A stretch of 64,000 nucleotides of DNA, from assembly GCF_009914755.1 (NCBI RefSeq), contig NC_060933.1; one strand, 5' to 3'. The notes below the pieces were generated by a model, which saw only the letters and a list, made by a program, of their open reading frames with translations, did no database searches and was not told the DNA's origin. Positions 14,647 to 27,194 of this stretch are shown in pieces. This DNA comes from the human T2T-CHM13v2.0 reference genome, Homo sapiens. Position numbers and translations under genes: made by a program. How positions within the stretch are numbered: position 1 is the first letter of the stretch; every line of letters begins with the position of its first letter.

Positions 14647-14739
14647 CGTGACCCCCCAGGAGGCGGAGCTTGCAGTGAGCCGAGATCACGCCACTGCACT
14701 CCAGCCTGGGCGACACTGCAAGACTCCGTCTCAAAAAAA
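14647..14739 (+). mobile_element. 5'-truncated AluY-like fragment (~90 bp)
   Basis: GGAGGCGGAGCTTGCAGTGAGCCGAGATC (Y-type GCTTGC) with a short A tail; degenerate TSD AAAATCTAATTCTCCTCT / AAAATCCAGTTATCCTCT. Confidence 0.85.
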
Positions 14740-14777
14740 TAAAATCCAGTTATCCTCTTTATCTGTCTCTTTCTCAA

Positions 14778-14880
14778 TATATAAATGTATATATATACAC
14801 ACACACACACATATTTTTCTATGCTGTGTGTATGCATATATATGTTATATGTGTGTATATGTATATTATATATATAACAT
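14778..14880. repeat. Compound (TA)/(CA)/(TG) low-complexity tract
   Basis: Alternating purine-pyrimidine runs. Confidence 0.85.
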
Positions 14881-16442
14881 AGAGAAAGATGTTTTAATAT
14901 CTCAAATCTTGATCAGTCTTACATGAAAGAGACTATATAGCATGTCCAATTCTCTTACCATTTATGATAACTCTCTACTGATTTTGATGTGATCATATAT
15001 TCCTGCATCTTCCTTATGATATTGCTAAAGCTAAGAGTGCTCCATTCTCTAGGAAAATGCGTTGTCATATTCCTAAATGTTGACTAATACTCTATATATC
15101 ATTTATGAAGAGGTTATTATGCCAAAGTAGGAAATAAAGTGAATTTTCATATGTCATATATTGGTAGTCTTAAGGCATCATTACTACAGTCAAAAAAAGT
15201 TTACACTGTGCTATGTGCATAAATTTAGTAAACATTTATAAAATGTGCTGTGAATTTTAAAGTATTTTTAAAGAATATTTTATTTGATATATTCATGAGT
15301 TTGAATCAGTGTTCTCTACATTATAACTGAGAAGACGTAGAAAAATAGTTACTGAAAATATTTTACTTTCTTAGTTTAAAAATGGAATACATGTAGTATA
15401 CGTGGCTTTTTTTCCTCCTATTTTTTCAAGATACATGTCCTTTCCACATTGGCTAGCTCAAGTACAGGTTTGCCTAAAGAAAATTTCACTGAATGAGAAC
15501 CGCGCAATTTATAATATTAACTCCTTGAGCTGTATCCTGTCAATGTCACAAGCCCATTAAAATTAATAATAAGTAATTAATTAAATAAATAAATTTATTA
15601 TTTTTATTAATAGCCTATATTTTCAATCTTCACAACTTATTTTTACTTAAACAGTGTAAAGATCTTGTACTCAATGAAACATGGTAATAAAACATAACCA
15701 AAGATTAGAAGTGCTCTAATCCTTTAAAGTAGATTTAACTTAATCTAACCTAAATCTAAAATATAAAACCACTTTTAATTATGTAATTATAAGTCAAGTA
15801 TTGGCTCTCATTAGATGATGAAAATTAGCCAAAACTGCTTTGCACACTTCAGCTGATGATCACAGCACCATATTATTTCTACTTCTCCAGTTAATTTCTA
15901 CTTTCCTACCAATGTAATGGGCAATAATATACATTATATATAAATATACATTAAAAGTAACTATGTTTCAATTATACATGTAATTAAATTTGAGCACCGC
16001 TTTCTTATATATTAGAATAGGTGACTTCAAGTTTAGCCAAGTGGTGGTCAAATTCAGCTGCGTTTTGCCAGCATTTCTAAATGACAAGGGACATGTATGT
16101 ACATATAGCCAGAGAATCTCTTTGAAAAATAGTCCTTCAAAAGTGGAATTGTTTTGAAGACAATAAAAGTTTAGGTCTGGATTGTTGCTTGCATACCAAA
16201 GATAGAAATACAGACATAATACATTGGTTAATGTTTAAGCTTGTAGAATAAAAAGGTACATTGAAAAAATAAGTAAGGAAATAAACCTCATAAGATTTAT
16301 TTAAAGCAGGGACAGCAGGAAGGAGACAAGTAATCCAGGGAGACAAAGAAAGGGCTATAGAGTAATATGAGAAATACCAGCATAAATAAAAGTATAGAAA
16401 ACATTTATTCAGTTTTGATCTCTGCCCAAGGATTTTCATACA

Positions 16443-17232
16443 TTTTATTTTCTATTTACTTATTTTTTTAATGTACACAGTGTTTATTGGTTTTTTAGAT
16501 TTTTAGAATCAACTGGTGAACAAAGCATGAAAGCCTTATGTTTATAAGACAGTATATAAAAATGATCAACTCTGACAGTATAAAATTTAAGGTATGGCTG
16601 AGAGAAACTAATCTATTATCTGAAAACAATAGACCAAGAAATGGATAGACAAGAGATTGCAAGTTAGAGAGGCAAACAACAGAAAACTAAAAATAACAAT
16701 GTAACTGTGAAAATTTAGCTGATGATATAGTGTCAGTCAGCTAAAGCCTTGTGTTTCATGGCAAGCAGTCAATAGAGCCTCAGTTGAATATCAACATAGA
16801 GATGTAAGGACGCCATGTAGAATGAGGGTGCTAGCCACCAGAAGAACAAAATGCAGAAATGCTGAAAGGTGGTGGCCTCTGGGACTATGGGTAGGACAAG
16901 GGAATGGAGTGGATGATTTTTGTTTTAATAGTATGCCCTTCTCGACCATGCGTATTCTGAGAAACAGTTTTAATGCTTTAAATGAATAAATTAAAATGTT
17001 GAATTGTGAATACATTCATGTTCTGAAAACCAGATATGAAAACATGCTGATAGTGAAAAGCAGTTTTTTAAGCAATCAAGACAGGAGGGTATTCAGCATC
17101 TGTCATGCATTTGTCATCAGGTTCCAGAATGGTGGTCTCGCCAGAGGGTGGGAACAGTTGCTTCCTCATTAGTACTTCCAGCCCCAAAATTAAACATAAG
17201 CTTACCGTGGATATGAAGTATTAGTTTGATGG

Positions 17233-17268
<36 letters not shown>

Positions 17269-18103
17269 GAAAATTACAGGAAAAAATAAAGCATCTGAAT
17301 TTTGAATCAAAATTGCCATGCTGTTTTTGTAAAATGTGATTCAGAAGACCTAAAAAAGATTAGATATAAGATAAGTTCCACTATTATGACTTTTAGCAAT
17401 AGAGCCAACTGGCAGGTGCGAGCCTCCATTTTGGCAGGATTCTACGGAAGCCTCTGGTCAAGAGAGGCCCTGGTGTGCTGTGCTGGGCTTATGAGACAGT
17501 CATGTGATCTGTCCCAGTTTCGTGGAAGAGACTGCATGTCCTTTTTGTTTCTCCTTTACATAACCAGTCTGCCACCTCTGGGTTCCAACAGACAGACCCT
17601 CTGTGGAGTTGTCCACCTGCTTTCCACCTGGAAGGTGCCAGTGACCTCTTGTTCTCCCAGTTCTCCCTGCCCTCCCTTGTGAGAGAATGATCCTATTTTG
17701 TATTACTTCTTATAAACATTGTGAGCAAAACGTTCCATGGACCACCCAAGCGGTTCAGACCACAGGCAGTGTCCCAGAGACCCTGAAGCAGCAGGCACGT
17801 GGGTGCAAACACCCAGGGTGAGTCTACCCCATGCCTTTACACCCAGGGTGAGCCTCCCATGCCTTCACACCGGCTACCCTGCCAGTCATATTGCAAGGAT
17901 GATGAGGGCAGCCTGGGGAGTCCCCCAAATTTCAGCATCAGTGAGTGCTCTGACCTCACTGATGACAAGGTCCTGTAGGTCTCTTATACAGGTCACATAG
18001 AAAATGTTCTCCCGTGACCAAAAATGCAGGCCATCTGACAGTTTCTGGCTATTTTCAGTATCATTATCTTCTCCACCAACACTGACAATTTTACCATGGT
18101 TGT
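16443..18103 (-). pseudogene. Candidate retrocopy of a polyadenylated non-coding or 3' UTR RNA, parent unknown
   Basis: Minus strand: AATAAA (16483-16488), 13 nt, then a decayed A tail (16443-16469). The 17400-18030 part is GC-richer than the flanks. Possible degenerate TSD at 16430-16447 / 18104-18119. Right boundary is tentative. Confidence 0.5.
17234..17265. repeat. (TG)n microsatellite
   Basis: About 16 TG units. Confidence 0.97.
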
Positions 18104-19949
18104 GGTTTTCTTCGTTTTAACAACAATTTTATTATTTGATCGTGACAGAAACGTATATGAGAAATATATCTCAACTTTGTAGATATTTTTAAAAATATGA
18201 TGTAAATTTAATTAATGCATTTAAACTTAAATAATTTGTACAGAAACAGCAATCTCACCCACTCCATGGCACTGCTTTGATAGTACTACCAGAAACAATA
18301 CAGGAGATTTTAAGAGAAGAAACAAAGTGTATCACATAATGTAGAATTATCAAGAAAAAAATAATTAGAGGAAGTTGTTTGTTTAGACTGGTAGGCAAAG
18401 GAACATTTTAATTATTGGGATGAAGTGTAACAATGAATGATGGGGAAAGGCAGCTTCACAATAAAGACCTTCCAGTGAAGTCTTAGTTAGGAAATCATGG
18501 TTGTCAACAATAGAGGGTTTTTGTTTTTTCATTTCTTCATTTATAATTGTTTAAAATGTAACATAAGTTAATAGAAGTAGGAATTAAAGAAAGTATTAAT
18601 AAATATAATATCAAGTTCCCATAGGAAGAAGTATAAAATTTAAGTCTAGGGAACATCATTTTTTGAGACAGGATAAAATATAAAATACATGCAATTTTGT
18701 AAAGAACACATGTTGAAATTCTAATTTGGGGAGATAACGGTTCTCTTCTAAATACCTAAATTCAGTGGTCATATTCATAATTTTTTTATTTCCACTTACA
18801 AATGAGGGCAGTGAAGTTCCTGGGAAGAGTACACACAACAATACCTTAAATTAACATTGGCTATCACAAGTGCTTATAAACATTGACAGAAACAAATTAG
18901 TTGTTACTTATTTCATCAAATCTATACAAAACAAATCTATACTAACTAAATTTGTTAATGAATATTTATTTAAAACTGGAATAATTCCAAAGAGGAATTC
19001 TTATCCCAGGAATATGGGTTTTGTTAGCACCTGAGTTAAACACAACATTTTGAGATAAAAGGACTGTATCTGTCAGTATGCTTTCACAGTTATTTGATCT
19101 CCCTGTGGAACATGCTCTAAAGTTAATATGCCTTACTGCAAATTTCTCTTTAGACTGTCTCACAGGTTATTTTAAGACAGTGAATAATTTCTTTTATCAT
19201 TCAAGAAGTTTTGTCATATCTTATGCACATCTTCATATATGGAAATGTATCAAACCCAGTGATATTCAGGGTTCTGAACCTCACTAAGAGTGGCTATATT
19301 TCTCCATTTTCAGAAGTTATGTTGAATGTCCACCTCATTAAAAGATATATTACCATGAAAATACTTTTAATGTGCTAACACAGAAATATTTTTTACAAAA
19401 TTCAAAAATGCAAATTATAAAGAATAATTTAAAATATGCAAAATAATACCATCCAGACATAACACCACGAACAAATTCTCTAGCCCATCAGTATTTGCTC
19501 TTGAGGCACAGTTACCATTGTTAAATAGGTAAACCTGCTGCTACTTGTGGTAGAGCACTTCCCACAAGTGGCCATGTGCAAAGTGACTGCCTTGTACATC
19601 AAAGCCTACAATTGAGTTTACCTACCCTAGTGGTTCCAGGACTCAGATGAGGAAGTACAGACTTAGTTTTCAATATTTGTGGTCTTAATTTATATGACAT
19701 TCATTTCTAAATGAGCAGCCATATAGTCTCGTGCTTGCTTTAATTTGCTTGGAGAATGAGTGCCTAATTCACCAAGACACACTCGCAACACAGATCAACA
19801 TCTCTGAATGAGAACTTCATTCATAGGCAACATGGCTTACGAAAGTTGAATTACCAAAACCATGAATTTACAAATTTTAAATTTAGCAAAAGTCACATAA
19901 TTCACTAAAACAAATAAAAGTTTGACTGTGTTTTATTCGTATCTATTTC

Positions 19950-21550
19950 ATATATTAATTACACATGCTAATAAACTATGTAACCTGCCTTTTTTCTTAA
20001 AAAAGCACATCACCATATGCTAATTAATATGTCTTACTAGATTTCATCATCTTTAAGAAATGCATAGCAATATAATATTTGCTATTGTCAATCCATTATA
20101 TAATCTAATTCATTGTATGCCTTAATGCCAATCCATTATATAATCCAATCTATTATATAACTTAATACTAGATTTTATTAGTCTCTATTTCTTTCACTTT
20201 ATTTTTACTCTCTTAAATAATCCCGTGATAATCTATTTTTGCAAATGCATTTTCATGCCCTTGTCCAATTATCTTCTCAAATGAATTTCTAGAAATAAAA
20301 TATCTGTTTAGGAATATACATATTTTAAATTTTATACACATTTTTGAAGCTGCATGCCTAAAAGGGAGTTTCCATTCACACTACCAGGAGACTGCTCTTT
20401 TCCCACATTTCAGTCCACACAAATATTATTCATTTTGTTTTAATTTTTCAACTATGATATGTTAATAAAAACTGTATACAGTTAGTTTTATTTGCACTTG
20501 CATGATTCCTATTAAGGCTGAATATCTCTTTGTAGGTTTGTCACTTTTCATACTGCTTCACTTTTCTCTTGAATCTGTGCTAATTAATATTTTTCTTTTC
20601 CCTTGTAAACTATTTATATTTTATCTAATTTATTTGTATATTAGAGATTTTTCTCTTATGCAGAATTAAATATTCTAAATATAGTTTGCTTACTAATTCC
20701 AGGTTTTTATGGGGCTTTCCATTATATGCATTGTTTCATCTGTCAATTTCTGAACCAATATCACACTTTTTAGTTAATAATACTACAATATATTTTTAGA
20801 TCTGATTGAGCTGTTTTCCTGTTGCTCAATTTCAATACCTTCAATTCATTTATTTTTCAAAAAATAATGTTTCAAAAGAAAATGTTCTAAGAACAAATTA
20901 TTTTTTATTAATTTAAAACTTTTATTCTGTCATTTAATAGACTTTTAGAGGTCACTTATATTTTCTGCCTTTTTTTAAGCTTAATCTTAATCTTTTTATA
21001 TATTTGTATTTCTGATGTGATAAATTGTTCCAATTGCATTTACAGCTATTGTGGAATAGAACTATTGATCCTTCTTCACAAATTAATATTTTTCATAAAA
21101 CATAGGGAATATTCTTATGTCAAATGATTTTAACTTTATTCTGTTAGATATTTAAGACATAAAGTCATGTTATTTGCAAATAATATAATTAATATATTTT
21201 TCATTTTTTTAATAATTGCATATATCATTTCATTTTCTTTTGGCAATGCAGAGTCTGGCGCTGGTGTAATAGTACTTTTTAATATTATGGTTTATTCATT
21301 ATTTTTATTTTTTATACATATTATTTTTTTTTCTAAATATACAGTCTAGCACTAATGAAACAGTGCTAAATAGTAAAGATGATCTGGACCTTCTTATATT
21401 CCTGGTTTTCATGTAAATCATCTTAATAACAACTCTTTAGTAACATTTTTAGATACAATATTTATGAAACATGTTAAGAATATCTATTTCTATATTTTAA
21501 TACATTTTAAATTGAGTAATAAATGTTGAAGATGAGATGCTTTTTCAACA
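19950..21550 (-). mobile_element. L1ME-like degenerate fragments
   Basis: Antisense L1ME motifs (TTTCTAGAAATAAAATATCTG…; TTTTATTTGCACTTGCATGATT…). Heavily decayed. Confidence 0.5.
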
Positions 21551-21554
21551 TGTA

Positions 21555-22690
21555 TGCATTCATCAAATATTTTTGGTGTATGCAAGACATTGTGCTGTCA
21601 GTAAGACTACAACCATGAGTTGAAACAAATGAGGCTTCCAGAAGCCCTATGGAGATTAAATTTCAATTGGAGAAAATATTTAACATATAAGCTTAGAAAC
21701 AAATAGAAAATTAAAACTTTGATAAGTGTCCCTGAATATAAAGATATTCTTATGAATACGCAGGAGAACCTGACATTATGGTTGGAGTTAGAAATGGAGA
21801 TGGTTATTCAGTAAAGTTATCCTAAGGAAAGAAATATGGCAGTTGTTTTCTGACTATAGGATTTCTGGAAATTTATTACTTAATATAGAGAATGAATCAC
21901 AGTAGTTCAGGTAGACATCCCAACAGGTACATAGCTTCCTAACCAGAGAAAGCATGAAACGTGTGGAATGAAAAGAAAGCCTGTATGTCTGGAAGATTGA
22001 AAGCCACAAGAAGCATGATGCAAGATGAGGCTGAGAGAGGTCATTAGGATAAGATCATAAAGAGGAATGTCAGAGGAGGTGTGTGGAGCTCAGGGCAAGT
22101 GGGGAAGTTGTCTACTGGATCAACTTGTGTTATATTGAAAGTAAAAATATAAAGGTTTTGTGAATTGAATGGAGGTTAGTGGAGGTACAAACCTGAATGA
22201 ATTCAAGAAATAAAATAAATTAAACTCAGTGAAGGACTTAACAGAAGAAAAAGACAAGGATCATTTCTAAGTTTGGGCACTGGTGAATGAGAAGGTTGAT
22301 GACGTCATTCCCTAAGTAAAGAAACACTTGAGAAAGAACCATGGAGAGAAAATTGTGATTTAAATTTTAATCTTTGTGAGATTGAATTTTTTTAAGAAGT
22401 CAATATTGATTTGTGAAATAATTATGGAAACCATGCAGCAGTTTTAGGGAGAAGGCTAGCAGTTGGTTAATTTTGATTTTATCATAAGAAACAAAATGGT
22501 ATAAATGTGACACTCTAAATATACAATACAGTATAGAATGAATAGAAAATAAAGACTAGGATGCAACATTGAGGAATTCTAGCTTTTGAAGTCTAAATGA
22601 GGGAAGATTAATCTTAAAAAAGACTAATAAATAATTGCTTGATGTGCAAAGTAAACCAAAAGAAAATGGCATTTCAGAAACCATGTGTGT
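21555..22690 (-). mobile_element. L2 3' region
   Basis: CATTCATCAAATATTT…ATGCAAGACATTGTGCT, followed by a purine-rich L2 body (GATGAGGCTGAGAGAGG…). Confidence 0.65.
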
Positions 22691-23998
22691 AGAATGTTTG
22701 ATGAGAAATAGTTGAGTAATGAAGCTCATTGCATATTTTCTAGTAATGTAAATGTATCTAGCAAATAATATTAATAGACTATATTCATCTTCAAATTATT
22801 TGCGTAAACTACAGTTGGTGGCAATATATTATTCTTTCAATATGCTACTTAATTATATTCCAATAGTGTGGTGTTAATTTTTACTTTTGATGTATATAAA
22901 TAGATAGCAATCAATATTTATGCAACAAAATATAATATTGATGGATAAGACAAAATATACTTTATTTAATTTTTCTTTTAGCTTTGTGGTTATGTCATTA
23001 TTATGTATATTTTTAATATAATCAAATTTACATATTCAAATTTTCTTGGAACAATATTCACAAAACAAAAGCAATAATAAATAGTAGGATACTTAAGTAA
23101 AACTCAATGACATTTTTGGGTCTGCAGAAAAATTTAAAAACATCTAGAACCCCTTAGTTAGAATTTCAGAAATTGAAATGACAGTCGTGAAATAAGTTTC
23201 GAGCAAACACCAGAGCCACTTATAACACAATCTTATATGCAAATTAATATCATGTGTCTGTCAACATGTTATTTACATAAATTTACATATACGTCTATAG
23301 AAAGAAATTAATGTTAGTGTGATGTTTCTCTTATTGTCATTAAAAAAAATTTTTAACTTCTCTTTTTGAAATGAATCTAGAATTTCAAGAAGAACACCAT
23401 TAGATATATAGGAAGTTAGATTTTGCCTTGTCATTTGTTTGCTTTGGTTGTGCTGTGGGGTGTGCCTAGTCTCAGGGTCATAGATCAGTTGGATGATGGA
23501 TGAGGCCCTCTTTGTTCTGTGCCTGAGCATAGTGTTACTTAGCCAAAGTCATCAAGCTTCCTCAATAACTGTTCAATCTGCTATTTGTTAGACTTGGTTG
23601 TTATTACAAACTAGTTGATTGTCTTGAATTTTCATGGCCAAGCACACAACAGGGGGATCTTGATAATAGCCATTGGTAAGTCAATTTATATTTGGTTTTT
23701 AAAAGCAGATATTATCAACAATCATTTTAAATGTAAGTAGCCTAGATACACCAATTAAAAAATACAAATTTTCAGATCAAAAAACAAGATTCAACTGTAC
23801 GTTGTGTGTAAAAAATTCACTTTTAATATAAAGATACGTATATCTAAAAGGTAAGTATATGAAGAAAGATATACCATGCTAATACAATCAAAATGAAAGC
23901 TGAACTAAGTGTATTAATTTCAGACATAGCAGACTTTAGAGAAAAAAGATTATAAGAGATAAAAAGGCATTAAATAAAAATAAAGGAGTAAATTCTCA

Positions 23999-25210
23999 GT
24001 TGCTCTGCTACTTTCTCATCTGTGTCAGCTGATGTTACTTTAATCTTTGAAGTTGCTATTCTTTGAATGGGGCGTTTTGATTTTATATTATTTCATGCCT
24101 TTCTGGGTTTGACTGTGGTATAAGTCAAGTTTAGTCAAATGGCTTTGTTTCTGGATGATTTTAAGGTGCCAAAGCTGAACTCAGCACTCCTGAGCTTCAT
24201 GCTCTAACCCTGAGAGGCTAGAACCAGGCCCACAGCATTTTTCTCTGGCCCCTCAAGGTTAAGCGTCTGCTGTGCTAAAGGGTCAGAGGTGTTCCCAGTC
24301 CATTGGCAACAACACTCTAATGAAAGGTGACAGCAAAATCACTTCAGGAAGGAAGTAGGTGGCATTGGTTCCTGCGTGTGCCCATGTGCCAGTAGTGCAA
24401 GGTGACAGTGGATCCTGCGCAGGCCAGCAAAGCAGAGTGTGGAGGCTGCGAGTGAGTGAATGGCAGCAGGAGAGGGTTGTAAGTGGTTCTTGTCAGTAGG
24501 CGCCTACCTGTAGAAGCTGTCTAACTGTTATGTGGGGTCTCCTAGTGAAAGAGCTATGGCATTGGCCACTGGCATGTACCTTGCCTTGTCACCTGAGGCT
24601 ACACTGCAAGTGGGTGCAGCAAGACAGGAACCCTGGGATAGGCTGGAAGGCCAAGGGGTGCTCATATCAGTCTGGTCCCATTTCACAGGCAAAATAGTCT
24701 AGCTCTGTTCAAGTCTAGCAGCCAACAAAGGCTAAAGCTACCTAGAGAATCATAGCAAGTCTTGAAGAATGGGCACCCATGGTCATGTTCTATTGCACCC
24801 ATTCCTGTGCCAAACCCTCTGGGCTCCATACAGACTGGAATTCTGCCTCTGTCAACTCTCTAGGCAGATCCCCCTCCAAAGTTCTAATGTCCATGGGGGC
24901 CATGGGGTCTCCTGCAGTTAGGATTGTGTAATTCTGTGGTGAGTGTCGGCCACTTCACACCTATTTCACTCACTTTTTCCCCAGAAGCTACTTGGGGCCA
25001 GAAATGAGGCCTGGTGCTTGAAAACCCCATGCAGTATTCCGAGCTTCCTTGCTTTTCTGCCTGGGGTCTGTATCCTTTCTCCTTCCACTCTAAATGCCTC
25101 TTTCTGAAGATCTGTTCAGAGCATGCTTGTCTATTTGATGATCTGATCTGTCTTGGAGGGAGATGCTCTTCCTGGCTGTGTCTAGTTGACCATCTTGGCT
25201 CCCTCCTCTC
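23999..25210 (-). mobile_element. L1 5' UTR-only fragment (L1PA15-16/L1PB-like)
   Basis: Ends at TCTAGTTGACCATCTTGGCTCCCTCC, the reverse complement of the GGAGCCAAGATGG 5' terminus. GC-richer UTR sequence; no poly-A tail. Confidence 0.75.
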
Positions 25211-25964
25211 AACTGATTTTTGACGAAGGCCAATCACCATACACACAAAAATAAGTAGATAAGGTGACAGATATATAAAATATTTTTACTGAATGTTTCT
25301 ACATTGTATATATAGATCAAAATATAATATTGTACTGCATAAATATGCACAATATTCTGTCAATAAAAATAAGTTAGTTTTAAAAAGACCACAGGCTTTA
25401 ATATGAAAAAATATGGTCACTGTTTTTAATAAATGGTCTGTAACAATTGGATAACCGCATACAAAAAAAATCTGGATATAGGCCTTTCATCAAACACCAA
25501 AAAACATGAAAACTCAGCATGTTTCATAATCCTAAATGTAAAATGTGAAACTATAAACTCCAAGAAGCTAACATAAGAGACCCTCTAGATGACCTTGAGT
25601 TTGATGATGGCTTTTTTGATACAACACCAAAGTCACAATCTGTGAAGGTAATAATTGACAGGCTATACTTCATTGAAATTAAGAACTTCTACTCTGCACA
25701 AACAAATGTCAAGAGGGTGGATACACCGGCCACAGAATGGAAGAAAATATTTTCAAAAGATAAATATAATAAAAGATTTTCATCTAAAATATACAAAGAA
25801 TTTTTCAAGCTCCGCAATAAGGAAATAACAAACCCAATTTAAAAAATGGGCAAAAAAATCGAAATAGATATCTCAGAGAAGACATATGCCTGGCCAATAT
25901 GCATATGAAGAGGTGATTACATCATATGACATTAGGGAATATCAAATTAAGATAACAGTCTGAC

Positions 25965-26470
25965 CTAGCGTTAGACAGATCAGCAAGGTGACTATAATTT
26001 ACAATAATCTGTTGTATATTTCCAGTTAGAAGAAGGCCAGGCATGGTGTCTCATGCCTGTAATCTCAGCACTTTGGGAGGCCAAGGCAGGCGGATTACCT
26101 GAAGTCAGGAGTTTGAGACCAGCCTGCACCAACATGGTAAAACCCCATCTCTACTAAAAATACAAAAATTAGCTGGGTGTGGTGGCACACATATGTAATC
26201 CCAGCTGGGAGGCTGATGCACGAGATCACTTACACCCTGGAGGCAGAGGTTGCAGTGAGTTGAGATCGCGCCATTGCATTCCAGCCTGAGTGGCAGAGCG
26301 AGACTCTGTCTCAAAAGAAAAAAAAAAAAAAAAAACGAAAGAAAAGAAGACAAATATTTAAGATGATGGATATATGAATTATACTGATTCTTTATAAATT
26401 ATATGAATGTATTAAATTATCACATATACTCCCAAAATATGTACATCTATTATGCATTTTTTTAATACTT
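25965..26470 (+). mobile_element. Short L1MA 3' end split by an Alu
   Basis: GGTGACTATAATTTACAATAATC before the Alu; GATGATGGATAT…AATTATCACATATACTCCCAAAATATGTACATC after it. Confidence 0.7.
26035..26345 (+). mobile_element. AluS
   Basis: Dimeric Alu with a small right-arm deletion and an A-rich tail. Confidence 0.95.
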
Positions 26471-26805
26471 AAGAAGAGAATTTGTTAACACCACACATCT
26501 ATTAGAAACAGATACCATTACATACCTATTAGAATCAAATACCCCTACACACCTGTTTGAGCAAAATCCCGAATAATACCCAAAGCCGGCAAGGATGTGG
26601 AGCAACATGAACTCTCATTCACTGCTGTTAAGAATATAAAATAATTTTGGAATATACTTTGGCAGTTAGTTACTAAACTAAAGAACATCTTATCAACCCA
26701 GCAGTTGTTCTCCTGGTATTTACACAAATCAGTTGAAAAGTTATGTGCACATAAAAACCAGCACATAGATGTTTATAATAACTTTATGGATAATTACCAA
26801 AACTT

Positions 26806-27194
<389 letters not shown>

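Noticed and set aside
17302-18000. 126-aa and 87-aa + strand ORFs in the GC-richer block
   Set aside because: No homology recognised. They are antisense to the inferred retrocopy and expected by chance at higher GC.
23380-23680. Possible NUMT or pseudogene fragment
   Set aside because: I could not match either strand to mitochondrial or known coding sequence.
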